From contig JBAZJK010000001.1 of the NCBI GenBank assembly GCA_041651355.1, positions 165,883 through 229,882 on the forward strand: a DNA stretch of 64,000 nt, read 5' to 3'. The position numbers and the translations under genes were made by a program. The notes beneath the pieces are model-generated. The model was not told where the DNA came from. It ran no database searches and saw only the letters and a program-made list of their open reading frames with translations. How positions within the stretch are numbered: position 1 is the stretch's first letter; every line of letters starts with the position of its first letter. This DNA is from Patescibacteria group bacterium (lineage in GTDB: Bacteria; Patescibacteriota; Patescibacteriia; Patescibacteriales; UBA12465). Shown piece after piece: positions 8,618 through 17,927 of this stretch.

Positions 8618-9814
8618 CTATTTTCCATTTTTGAGGCGGGAAAAGATAAAGATCGAGACGAAAACCAAGAGAGCAGAAGCGAGCCAAGCCCAGGAGATCG
8701 AGAAACTGTCAGCTAGATAACCGCTTAACAGTAATCCGAGTCCGGCGCCGAGCTGGGAGATCATGGAGTCAAAAGATAGGACGGTGGCCCTTTGCTCGTC
8801 ATTGATGCGCCTGTTTAAATAGGCTTGCTTTAGAGGACGCCATAGTCCCCGGCCGACTTCATGGAGCAGGAAGCCGTTTAAAACTGGGTATAGGCCAAGG
8901 CCTGAAGCGGCTAGCGCCATACCGATGGCCGTAATCGCTTGTGACCAGATAAGAGCATGTTTTTCCTGTTGAGGATTTTTTCGCCCGACTATCTTCAGAA
9001 AGGGTCGAGCTAATTGAGTCCCTAAAAAATTAGTCAAAGCAATCGCGTTGAAGATCCAGCCCATTTTAGCCACGCTGAGACCATAGCCAGAGAAGACTAT
9101 CGGCCATTGCATGTTGAAGGCTTGGAAGGAGAGGGCTAAGCAGGCACCAAAGCCGATGAGATAGAAGAGACCGCGATGACGGTAGCCATATTGCACGCTC
9201 TCATGAGCGGTTTGGTGGATGGCTCGAAAGTTGAATTTGAGCTGTTTGTGGTGGGCGCCGTTTTTAGGTAAAGCCAAATGGATATAGATGCTGACTATCA
9301 GCATGCCCAGAGCGCTGGCCAGCCAAGGATAGCTGAGATTGAAAGAGCCGAGCCAGGCACCGCTTAAACTCCCCAGCATCAACCCGACCAGACGATAGCG
9401 GCCTTCTTTTTCGTAGATTTTTTCCAGATCGCCGGTGTAATTAGCTCGTTTAAGTGAATCAACCATCCAGGCCTCCAGAGCTCCGGAAATAAAGGTGCTG
9501 CCGAAAGCTCCAATTATTTCTGCTAAGACGAATATCCAGAAATTAGGCGACAGAAAATAGATGAGGAAGGATAGGCTGAGAATCAGGCAGCCGATGATAA
9601 TAGATTTTCTCCGTCCAAATACATCAGCATAGGCCCCAGTGGGAATCTCCAGGATGAAGCAGCTTGCCATATAAGCCAGATTGATAAGATTGATCTGGAG
9701 ATAGGACAAATGGTGCTCTAACAGGAAGAGCTGGTAGGTAGCAAAAAAGAAAGATTGCGCTAAAATAATTCCGCCAGCGCTAAATAAGTAGATGCGGGTA
9801 ATTTTTTTAATCAT
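8618..9814 (-). CDS. MFS-type transporter
   Basis: About 12 predicted TM segments and the MFS loop motif GAYADVFGRRKS. The ATG at 9814 is preceded by GGAGG at 5-nt spacing. The ORF-track start at 9853 is a TTG inside the upstream terminator U-tract. Confidence 0.85.
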   Translation of the reverse strand: MIKKITRIYLFSAGGIILAQSFFFATYQLFLLEHHLSYLQINLINLAYMASCFILEIPTGAYADVFGRRKSIIIGCLILSLSFLIYFLSPNFWIFVLAEIIGAFGSTFISGALEAWMVDSLKRANYTGDLEKIYEKEGRYRLVGLMLGSLSGAWLGSFNLSYPWLASALGMLIVSIYIHLALPKNGAHHKQLKFNFRAIHQTAHESVQYGYRHRGLFYLIGFGACLALSFQAFNMQWPIVFSGYGLSVAKMGWIFNAIALTNFLGTQLARPFLKIVGRKNPQQEKHALIWSQAITAIGMALAASGLGLYPVLNGFLLHEVGRGLWRPLKQAYLNRRINDEQRATVLSFDSMISQLGAGLGLLLSGYLADSFSISWAWLASALLVFVSIFIFSRLKNGK

Positions 9815-9850
9815 AAGACCTCCGTTCTTATTTTGTTTGTTAATGAGCTT

Positions 9851-9877
9851 CAAAAAAGCCCGGTCGATGACCGGGCT
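9851..9877 (-). terminator. Intrinsic terminator inside the MFS leader
   Basis: Minus-strand read: AGCCCGGTC ATC GACCGGGCT followed by TTTTTTG. It ends about 37 nt upstream of the MFS ATG. Confidence 0.75.
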
Positions 9878-10015
9878 AGGATGAATTTAGAGTCTTATGT
9901 GTGCGTTTAGCTGTGGTTATATCCATAAGAATTTAAAGCCATACTAGACCGGCCATTATCGAAGATTACATAAAAACGGCCAGTTTCTAACATCCAGGCG
10001 TAGTTTGGCTTTAAA
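9878..10015 (-). promoter_or_regulatory. Structured 5' leader, candidate riboswitch or attenuator of the MFS gene
   Basis: 10-bp outer stem TTTAAAGCCA (10015-10006) / TGGCTTTAAA (9941-9932) on the minus strand, enclosing the CTGGCC/GGCCGG pairing. GGCCGGTC (plus 9947-9954) can alternatively pair with the terminator 3' arm GACCGGGC. Confidence 0.45.
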
Positions 10016-10136
10016 TTGTGTTGGTTGTTACTTATCATATGCTTATATAGTAATATACGGGAAAGAATAGTTTTTGTTACAGTTTTCTATTGTTTTTATC
10101 AGGAGCGCAGTCTATTATATTAATAAGACTTAATTT

Positions 10137-11216
10137 ATGAAAATTACTTGGTTAATTCCCACCACCGGCTTAACTGGTGGCGTGAAAGTTATTTTTGAGC
10201 ATGCCAACCGTTTGCAACGGCGTGGGCATCAAGTGACTTTAGTGTATCCCTATATTTTACCTCTACGGCCAACATCAAAGATGATTATCTTTGGTTATTT
10301 AAAAATGCTGCGGCGTTTTTTTATCTCTTTATTTAAAGGGAAGGGGATTGGTTGGTTTAATTTAGATAAAGGAGTGATTTTAAAAAGAGTTAGAGATCTA
10401 TCAAATAAGAATTTACCTGATGGAGATATTATTATTGCCACCGCTAACGAAACCGCCGATTGGCTGAATATTTGTGCTGCTTCTAAGGGTAAAAAATTTT
10501 ATTTTATCCAAGATTATGAAACCTGGACGAGAAACGAAGCCCAGGTAGATGCTACTTGGCGGATGCCATTTAAGAAAATAGTTATTTCTTCTTGGTTAAA
10601 GGATTTGGCCAAAGACAAGTTTCATGAGCCGGTAGCTGGATTAGTTTTCAATGGCGTTGATTTAGAAACATTTACGCCCAAAGATTATACAAGAGAGAGT
10701 AGACGGGGAAAGATAAATATTTTAATGCTCTATCACGTTTTTCCTAAGAAGGGTTTTATTGATGGACTTACCGCTTATAATAAAGCTAAGGAAAAATATC
10801 CTAATCTAGAATTATCACTTTTTAGCGTTTATCGTCCCAGACAAGATGTCCCAGCTGATGCTAAGTTCTATTATCGCCCGAGCCGAAGCCAGCTGAAAAA
10901 TTTATATCAGGCAGCCGATATCTTTTTATGGCCTAGTCGTGTTGAAGGTTTCGGCTTGCCTCCACTTGAAGCAATGGCCTGCGGCACAGCCGTTATTACC
11001 ACGGCCACCGGAGCCGCTTTTGATTATGCCAGAGATGGTGAGAATGCGGTAGTGGTATACCCATCCGATATTAATGCCATGGTAGACGCTTTGGAAGACT
11101 TGATTAAAAATTCAGAGAAGAGAACTTCGCTAGGAGCGGCGGCCGCTAAGATGGCGCAAGAATTTTCTTGGGAGAAGAGTAACAGTAATTTAGAGAACTT
11201 ATTATTAAGGAGTTAA
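10137..11216 (+). CDS. Glycosyltransferase, GT4 (GT-B fold)
   Basis: C-terminal motif VEGFGLPPLEAMACGTAVITT and N-terminal TGGVKVIFEHANRL. Confidence 0.85.
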   Translation: MKITWLIPTTGLTGGVKVIFEHANRLQRRGHQVTLVYPYILPLRPTSKMIIFGYLKMLRRFFISLFKGKGIGWFNLDKGVILKRVRDLSNKNLPDGDIIIATANETADWLNICAASKGKKFYFIQDYETWTRNEAQVDATWRMPFKKIVISSWLKDLAKDKFHEPVAGLVFNGVDLETFTPKDYTRESRRGKINILMLYHVFPKKGFIDGLTAYNKAKEKYPNLELSLFSVYRPRQDVPADAKFYYRPSRSQLKNLYQAADIFLWPSRVEGFGLPPLEAMACGTAVITTATGAAFDYARDGENAVVVYPSDINAMVDALEDLIKNSEKRTSLGAAAAKMAQEFSWEKSNSNLENLLLRS

Positions 11217-11226
11217 TTTAATTTTT

Positions 11227-11260
11227 AAAAAAGGCGCTTTTTTGTTGTAGCGCCTTTTTG
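11227..11260. terminator. Bidirectional intrinsic terminator
   Basis: AAAAAAGGCGC / GCGCCTTTTT palindrome between convergent genes. Confidence 0.8.
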
Positions 11261-11264
11261 TATA

Positions 11265-12338
11265 TTATTTTTTTTCTTTAATTTTTTTAATTATCTCCTT
11301 CGGATGCCTGACAAAAAACATTAATCTAGGCCAGAAGGCATCACTTAAGCTCCAATTTAGCCCCCAAGAATTCAAGCAACCCGGGCAATGTTTAGCTGTG
11401 CAACGAGCCTTTGCGGCCCCTGGGTTATTCCAGATTTCAGCGAAGCTTTGTCTGCGAGCATTGCCAATTTCCATATCCCAATGAGTAAGACAGGGAACAA
11501 CGGTGCCGTCACATTTCATCACAAAGAAAGTATTGGCAGCGAAACAGCGGAATTTAATCGATTTATTTTCTAGTAATTTTAACCATCTTTCGCGTGTAGT
11601 ACTTTGCACTTGCTTGGAAACAGCGTCTTTCATTTTTCTCTGTAGTTCTTTGCTGCTGCCATCTTTGTCGTTACCATAAAAAGATGATTGGTTATACCAC
11701 TGAACCATTAATTCTATACCTAAGTTATCAGCGTATTTTTTAACATCTTCCCAACCATCAACCGTTAATTCTGATAGAGTTAAGCCAATAATAAGGGAAA
11801 GGTTTTTGGGATATTTGTTTTTTAGTTCTTTTAAGCCCTTTAAAAGTCGGTCAACTTTTTGGAAGTTACCCGGGACGCCTCTAATCTTGTCGTGTTTGTC
11901 GCCCAATCCGTCGAGTGAGACCCCGACATTTAGTTTGATTCCAGTTTTGGCTCCGTTTCTAAGGATTTCTTCAACGATACTGATTGTTTTGTCAGGAAGT
12001 AATCCGTTGGTGCTTAAATCTAGGTGGGCTTTAGGCAGAAGTTCGTGTTGTATTTTAACTATCTCAGTAATTTGGGGATGTAAAATGGCTTCGCCCCCAG
12101 AATTAATAATCGTTTCAACTTCATTGAGTAGGGGGTCGCTAAATATTTTTCTGATTTCATCTATATTAAGAGGCTTGGGGCAATTAGGTTGAGACCAGAT
12201 GCTGCAATGAGTGCAGTGAGAATTACAGTTGTCAGTTACTTCAAACCATAGCCGCCTTGGTTTCATTGGTTTGCCGATTATTAGACGCCAAAGATTGCGA
12301 TGACCATCAGTAAATCTTTTTAAACCTTTTCTAATCAT
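11265..12338 (-). CDS. Radical SAM enzyme with a SPASM/twitch-like C-terminal Cys cluster
   Basis: CNSHCTHC (CX3CX2C), SGGEAILHP, and C-terminal FRCF..KCDGTVVPC....CTAKHCPGC. Confidence 0.8.
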   Translation of the reverse strand: MIRKGLKRFTDGHRNLWRLIIGKPMKPRRLWFEVTDNCNSHCTHCSIWSQPNCPKPLNIDEIRKIFSDPLLNEVETIINSGGEAILHPQITEIVKIQHELLPKAHLDLSTNGLLPDKTISIVEEILRNGAKTGIKLNVGVSLDGLGDKHDKIRGVPGNFQKVDRLLKGLKELKNKYPKNLSLIIGLTLSELTVDGWEDVKKYADNLGIELMVQWYNQSSFYGNDKDGSSKELQRKMKDAVSKQVQSTTRERWLKLLENKSIKFRCFAANTFFVMKCDGTVVPCLTHWDMEIGNARRQSFAEIWNNPGAAKARCTAKHCPGCLNSWGLNWSLSDAFWPRLMFFVRHPKEIIKKIKEKK

Positions 12339-12397
12339 AGTATTTATATAAAATAAGAAAAATTTGGTGGTTTTATGTCCACATTTTTCTTTATTTT

Positions 12398-13405
12398 TTA
12401 ATAATTAACTTTTTTTATTTTTACTGCTTCAATAAACATGACGCCACTTTTAGGCTTGCTGATAATGGCAATTGGATAAATTAGGGACGCTAGAAATGAC
12501 GGCGCGAATTTAACCCCAATAAAACGGGCAGTCCGGTAAACCGTTTTTTTAGTAATATGTTTTATCTTTCCTGGTATGCCTATTTTCTGTACGTTTCCGT
12601 TTGTCTGGTTGTTTGTTTTCGCAGTTGCCTTGAAACGTCTAGCTTGTTTAAAGTGTAGCTTGTCAGCTAAATATTCTAAGATTATTTCCCTGAGTTGGCC
12701 ATAACTATTAATGTAGTCCGTCCTTATAACAGAAAATCCATGCAAAGATAGGGCTTTGCTTAGCGATGCTTGATCCCATCGGCTAAGGTGATGTAGCGGA
12801 AAGTCCCACTTCGCCCAGTTAGGACGGAAGCGTTCTCGCGAGGGCAGGCTTATAAAGAGTTTTCCGCTATCTTTTAGCCAAGGCTGAATAGCGTCTATTA
12901 TTTCAAAAGGATCATCTGTGTGCTCGAAGACTTCAAACATTGTTACATAATCCATCTCGGTAAGTTTTGGTTGGCCTAAAAACTCTTCAATTTTTCCAGC
13001 TTGGAATTTGATTGATGGAAAAAAATTTTTCGCAATTTCAATAGCGGCGCGGTCAATATCAACCCCATAAGCTTCTCCGCCTCGTAATTTTAGGGCGTTC
13101 AAAAATTCGCCAGTGCCGCATCCAAGATCCAGAGCAGTAAATTTTTGCGGTAATTCTACTGTTTTTAAAAAGTGCTGGTGATAACAATGTGGATGACGAG
13201 GTTTCGCCTCGTCTTTTTGATTGTAGGTATCACCCTGTTCATACCAATTTCCGCCCGGATGGAAGAAGGGAAAAAAGAATTGTCCCTGACAATTTGCGCA
13301 TTCGTATAATGAAAATTCCCCATTTTTGTTTTTTGTGTCTAAAATGAAAGAAAAATTATTTTGACTACAAGCAGGACAGGGCTTATTTGCTTCTTTTAGT
13401 GGCAT
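12398..13405 (-). CDS. Class I SAM-dependent methyltransferase with an N-terminal zinc ribbon
   Basis: CPACSQ...CANCQ, then LDLGCGTGEFL and VDIDRAAIE. Confidence 0.8.
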   Translation of the reverse strand: MPLKEANKPCPACSQNNFSFILDTKNKNGEFSLYECANCQGQFFFPFFHPGGNWYEQGDTYNQKDEAKPRHPHCYHQHFLKTVELPQKFTALDLGCGTGEFLNALKLRGGEAYGVDIDRAAIEIAKNFFPSIKFQAGKIEEFLGQPKLTEMDYVTMFEVFEHTDDPFEIIDAIQPWLKDSGKLFISLPSRERFRPNWAKWDFPLHHLSRWDQASLSKALSLHGFSVIRTDYINSYGQLREIILEYLADKLHFKQARRFKATAKTNNQTNGNVQKIGIPGKIKHITKKTVYRTARFIGVKFAPSFLASLIYPIAIISKPKSGVMFIEAVKIKKVNY

Positions 13406-13477
13406 ATTATAAAATATATTAGCTTAATAATTATATTGTATCATTGGCAAAAAGGCAAACTAGCTAGTTGTTAACAT

Positions 13478-14833
13478 ATGCAGGAAAATTTTTGGCGCTT
13501 AATTTATCGTTTAACACCTTTATCGTGGCATCAGTATTTTGATCAGTCGGGTTGGAGGCGTTATTTTGGTAACACTTCTTGGCTTTTTTTGGCCCAATTG
13601 GTTTCTTTGGTTATATCTTTTTTTATTGGAGTTATTATTGCTCGTCGTTTAGGTCCGGAATTATATGGTACACTAAATTATGCCTTAAGCCTAACTACTA
13701 TTTTGGGCATATTTTTTTGTTTCGGCATTGATGCGGCCATGAATAGGGAATTGATTAAATATCCCGAAAAAGAGAAGTCTCTTCTAGGGACATTCTGGGT
13801 TATTAAGCTATTGGGCGGGTTCTTGACTTTGGCTTCGGTTATTTTTATTTCTATTTGGAAGAATTTTGATGTATTAACTTTTAGTTTAGTGGTATTATTT
13901 GCCTTTGTATTTATAGGGCAATCATTTAATGTAATTACTCTGTTTTTTCAAGCTAGAGTTGAGTCAAAAAAATCATCTTTAGCCCAAATTGGTGCTAGCC
14001 TGGTGTCATTATCATTAAAAATCATTTGGCTATTTTCTTCGCTAAATCTTTTAGTCTTGGCGATTATCTATTTATCCGACGTCATTTTTAATAGTCTTTT
14101 TTTGATTTTATATTATCGTCGTGGGTCTGGCAGTCTACGCCAATGGCGTTTTGATTGCAAGGTATTCCGAAACATAATAACTTCGGGGGGCTTGTTGATG
14201 TTTTCTGGAGTAGCTATTTTGGCTATTTTGAAGATTGACCAGGTAATTATTGGTCAATTTTTAGGTAAGACGGAAGTTGGGTTCTATGCTGTAGCTGATC
14301 GTTTAACTGAGGTCTGGGATTTTATACCACGCCTAATTTGTTTGTCTCTATTTACAGCTATTATTAATGCTTATCGGACAGATATTAAGCTTTATCGTCG
14401 TCGTGTCCGTCGTCTTTACCAGCTGATGCTTGTTTTATCAATCAGTCTTACTATTTTGATTTTATTAATTTCCCGTCCGTTAATAATGATGTTATTCGGT
14501 CCAGAGTATGAGCCGTCGGTAGCTGTTTTAAGAGTTTACGTTTTGTCTTTGCCTGGTATTTTTTTGTTTACTGCCGCAAATCAGCGTTTAGTAGCGGAAA
14601 ATAGAGAAAAGATTATTTTATTAGCCAATCTTTCTGGCTTAACTCTTAATATTGTTTTAAACTTTTTATTTCTACCTCGCTTTGGTTTAATCGGTTCTGC
14701 TTGGGCGACAGTAGTAACTTTTACTTATTTAACTATCTTTATGGTTTTTCGTCCCACCCGGCAACAGCCTAATGGGGCAGCTTCTTTAGTAGAGCCGGAT
14801 AAGACTCGTGATGTCAATAGTATCTCGTTTTAA
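13478..14833 (+). CDS. Polysaccharide flippase (Wzx / MOP superfamily)
   Basis: 451 aa with about 12-14 TM helices, located in a glycan locus. Confidence 0.75.
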   Translation: MQENFWRLIYRLTPLSWHQYFDQSGWRRYFGNTSWLFLAQLVSLVISFFIGVIIARRLGPELYGTLNYALSLTTILGIFFCFGIDAAMNRELIKYPEKEKSLLGTFWVIKLLGGFLTLASVIFISIWKNFDVLTFSLVVLFAFVFIGQSFNVITLFFQARVESKKSSLAQIGASLVSLSLKIIWLFSSLNLLVLAIIYLSDVIFNSLFLILYYRRGSGSLRQWRFDCKVFRNIITSGGLLMFSGVAILAILKIDQVIIGQFLGKTEVGFYAVADRLTEVWDFIPRLICLSLFTAIINAYRTDIKLYRRRVRRLYQLMLVLSISLTILILLISRPLIMMLFGPEYEPSVAVLRVYVLSLPGIFLFTAANQRLVAENREKIILLANLSGLTLNIVLNFLFLPRFGLIGSAWATVVTFTYLTIFMVFRPTRQQPNGAASLVEPDKTRDVNSISF

Positions 14834-15982
14834 GATTTTAACATTTCCCATTTCCGGCAACATCGATCGGCCGTCAACTAGTCTGTTTTGACTGATACCG
14901 GGAACATAGAACAGGTTAGTATTAACCAGGCAGGAAACGGGTTTATCTAGAGCGATAGCTAGGTGAGCAGCGAAAGACTCTAGGCCGATAAAGCCCTGGC
15001 AACCCTTAATGAGGCTGGCCAGCTGTCCTAAGTCTAGATCACTACGAACGAGAAAGCGATTATATATTTCATTTTGGCCTCTTAGGCCATTTTTTATTTC
15101 TTCCAGCCACCCCGCTTGTTCTTTTGTTCCGCTAGCGATGATAATTTGTCCTGGATTTTTTTCTAAAAACACTCGAGAGAATTCTATCCATTTTTTCTTT
15201 TCCCAGGTCTTTTCCGGATCAAAGGAAACTGGTGCTAGCACCCAATAGGGAGCGTCTATCTCTTGAGCTAATTTTTGGAAGTTGAAAAACTGTCCTCGCG
15301 CTTCTGTGTTCTCTATGATTGTTTCTGCAACCCCGATGGCTCTTAGCAGATTCTGGTAATTTTTTTCTTCCCAAGACTTTAGGTCATAGGGCACGATAAT
15401 ATCAGCTAAATCGCTCAGCTGGCTGATATCGAAAGCAACCAAGGTTTTTCCTAATTTCCGGGCTAAGCGATTACTGCTCGGCCAGAAAGCGCGGCCGTTG
15501 ATAACCAGGTCATAATCATGATCTATTTTAAGCTTAGAATAGTTTTTAAATATTTTAGACAGACTCATCCTTTGTCTGCCGGGGATATTGTTGAGGAAGC
15601 GGTTATTCCAGTGGTATATATTGTTAACGTTTGGATTATCTTTTAGGACGGCTTCATTTTTGGGGTTGATAAGATAATCGATATGGCTAGCTGGCCATTG
15701 TTTTTTGATGGCCGGCAAGAGCCAGGTGGAGAATAAGAGGTCGCCCAACTGATCAATCTTGATAATTAGTATTTTAGGTTCAGCGGGCAAACGATATTCT
15801 TTCTTCTTCCTAAATAATGATATCAAGTCGCTGATTATTTCTATAGGCCAGTAGGCCAAAAACCACAAAGCTTTGAAAATCTTGATTAGCTTCCGGATGC
15901 GGCTTACTTGCCAGTATGAAAGATTGGCTAAGAATTTCTGCCACAACTTCTGATGTTTTTTGATCAGTAAATTAATGGTCAT
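14786..15982 (-). CDS. Glycosyltransferase family 9 (heptosyltransferase-like)
   Basis: ILIIKIDQLGDLLFSTWLLPAIKKQWP..IDYL and C-terminal GLESFAAHLAIALDKP. The 3' end overlaps the convergent flippase gene by 48 nt. Confidence 0.7.
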   Translation of the reverse strand: MTINLLIKKHQKLWQKFLANLSYWQVSRIRKLIKIFKALWFLAYWPIEIISDLISLFRKKKEYRLPAEPKILIIKIDQLGDLLFSTWLLPAIKKQWPASHIDYLINPKNEAVLKDNPNVNNIYHWNNRFLNNIPGRQRMSLSKIFKNYSKLKIDHDYDLVINGRAFWPSSNRLARKLGKTLVAFDISQLSDLADIIVPYDLKSWEEKNYQNLLRAIGVAETIIENTEARGQFFNFQKLAQEIDAPYWVLAPVSFDPEKTWEKKKWIEFSRVFLEKNPGQIIIASGTKEQAGWLEEIKNGLRGQNEIYNRFLVRSDLDLGQLASLIKGCQGFIGLESFAAHLAIALDKPVSCLVNTNLFYVPGISQNRLVDGRSMLPEMGNVKILKRDTIDITSLIRLY

Positions 15983-17126
15983 AGCGATGGATTAAGGAAT
16001 TGAAGTCTTGGGCGACTTGTGTCCAAGAGTAGTGTTCCAAGTTTTTTTGGCCGCGGGAGATTAATTCTTGTCTTAGCTTATCATCTGAACTGATTAAAGA
16101 TAGAGACTCTTTGATGGCCGGTATATTTTTAGGATCGACTAAATAGGCGCCTTGACCGCAGATCTCGGGAATAGAAGAACTGTTACCCCCTAACACCGGA
16201 GTATTGAGAGCCTGAGCCTCGAGGGGCGGCAAGCCAAAGCCTTCATACAAAGACACAAAAGCTAAAGCCAAGGCGTTTTTGATGAGAGCCTGCTTTTCAT
16301 TTTCAGTGATAAAGCCGGTGAAGATTATTTGGGAAGAAAATTGTGACCAAGCCCCATCTTCCTTAACCAGACTGGCTATCTTTCTGATTCCTTCATCCTG
16401 CTTGCCGGCGATGACTAAATAATATTTTTCCGCTTCATCTCCATTATCCACTAGAAATAGTCTGAAGGCTTCCAGTAGGCGATCTAAATTTTTGCGATAG
16501 TAGCCGGCGCCCAGGTAGAGCCAATATTTCTTGGGTTGGCGGTTTGCGCTGAGTAATTGGAACTTATTTAATACTTCAATCTCTTCGGTTTCAGATATTT
16601 CTGGAAATTCCGGCGCTCCTCGAGAAATGATGGCGATTTTTTCTTTAGGGACTCGCATTAGATCCACGATTTCCTGGCGGGAGAATTCAGAAATAGCGGC
16701 CAGCCCCAGGGAAAAATACTTGGCGGACCATAAGGCTAGTTTCAGGTATAGACGGAAGATGCCGCCCGATGATTCTTCACGGTAGCGGAGGAAGGCTAGG
16801 TCATGGATAGTAACTATTTTTTTACGCCAGAATAAGGGCAGGGCGAGCGAAGGGCAAAAGAGGACGTCTACCTTTTCTTTCTTTAAAGCTTGGTTGAAAG
16901 ATAATTGTTGATATAGAGCAAGCTGGAACCGAGAGAGCCTAGGAAAATTTTTATTTATCATCTCTGCTCGAGGATTTAAATCCTTAAATAGTTCGCTTGA
17001 TTTTTGATTGGTAAATAAAAGCAATCGGTCCTCCGGGCCGATTTGTAGATGCTCAAGCAGATTAGCGGCAAAGATTTGCAAGCCGTTTACTTCAGTATAG
17101 GGGATGAGATTAAAAGCAATTATCAT
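15972..17126 (-). CDS. Glycosyltransferase, GT4
   Basis: YEGFGLPPLEAQALNTPVL. Confidence 0.85.
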   Translation of the reverse strand: MIIAFNLIPYTEVNGLQIFAANLLEHLQIGPEDRLLLFTNQKSSELFKDLNPRAEMINKNFPRLSRFQLALYQQLSFNQALKKEKVDVLFCPSLALPLFWRKKIVTIHDLAFLRYREESSGGIFRLYLKLALWSAKYFSLGLAAISEFSRQEIVDLMRVPKEKIAIISRGAPEFPEISETEEIEVLNKFQLLSANRQPKKYWLYLGAGYYRKNLDRLLEAFRLFLVDNGDEAEKYYLVIAGKQDEGIRKIASLVKEDGAWSQFSSQIIFTGFITENEKQALIKNALALAFVSLYEGFGLPPLEAQALNTPVLGGNSSSIPEICGQGAYLVDPKNIPAIKESLSLISSDDKLRQELISRGQKNLEHYSWTQVAQDFNSLIHRYDH

Positions 17127-17923
17127 TTTTTTAGCAGTTTGATGGTTTTATAGGGAAGGCGAATAAAGCGCATAATCAGACTTGCCAGTAGTCCATAATG
17201 TTTCTTAAAAAAATAGTTTTGGGAAAAATAGTAATACCGGCGGCGGGAGCGCTGCCTGGCTGGACTCTTGCCGCCATAATGGATGAGGCTAGCGCTTGGA
17301 CAAATTACCACTAAGTAGCCTGATTTTCTAGTGCGCAGACAGAGGTCAGTGTCTTCCAGGTAAAGGAAAAATTTTTCATCCCAGCCTTTAATGCTCATAA
17401 AAACATCACGTCTAATGATTAGAGCGGCTCCGCTCACCCAGTCTGTTTCCCAATAATCAGCTTTCTTGCTTCGTAGCCAATTGGCTTTGGTGTTTTGCAG
17501 GAATAAGTTTTTAAGAGTCTGCTGCCGGCCGCAGGCGCCGAATTGCCACTTGCCTTCAGGGTTTAGCACCTTAGGCGCGAGCACTCCTATCTCCGTTTTA
17601 CTTTCTAAAAGTTGTTTCAGCGGCGGCAAGATATTTTCTTTTATCTCCGTATCACTATTTAGAAAAAAAAGATATTTCCCCTTGGCTATTTGGGCGCCCT
17701 GGTTGTTGGCGCCGGCAAAACCACGGTTAGTATCATTTTGGATAAATGTGAGGCGCTCCTGAAATTTTTGCTTAAGCCTTGGAGCGCTATCATCATTTGA
17801 ACAGTTATCTATTAAAATAATTTCCCAGCTCTTATCATTTGGCAAATAATTAAACAGGGAATCAAGACAATTTCTGCTTAAATCAAGAGTGCGATAGTTA
17901 ATGATGATGAAAGAAAAATCCAT
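17123..17923 (-). CDS. Glycosyltransferase family 2
   Basis: FSFIIINYRT, IDNCSNDDS, NRGFAGANNQG, LNSDTE, YLEDTDLCLR. Confidence 0.85.
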   Translation of the reverse strand: MDFSFIIINYRTLDLSRNCLDSLFNYLPNDKSWEIILIDNCSNDDSAPRLKQKFQERLTFIQNDTNRGFAGANNQGAQIAKGKYLFFLNSDTEIKENILPPLKQLLESKTEIGVLAPKVLNPEGKWQFGACGRQQTLKNLFLQNTKANWLRSKKADYWETDWVSGAALIIRRDVFMSIKGWDEKFFLYLEDTDLCLRTRKSGYLVVICPSASLIHYGGKSPARQRSRRRYYYFSQNYFFKKHYGLLASLIMRFIRLPYKTIKLLKK

Positions 17924-17927
17924 AGGC

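Noticed and set aside
9815-9853. N-terminal extension of the MFS ORF (MKLINKQNKNGGL) given in the ORF track.
   Set aside because: The extension starts at a TTG located inside the U-tract of the upstream terminator. The internal ATG at 9814 has a GGAGG Shine-Dalgarno sequence at optimal spacing.
17663-17670. A8/T8 homopolymer inside the GT2 gene, considered as a phase-variation switch.
   Set aside because: Eight nucleotides is borderline for slippage, and the tract arises naturally from Leu-Phe-Phe codons in an AT-rich genome. Other A/T runs of 7-8 nt are scattered through the window without any pattern.
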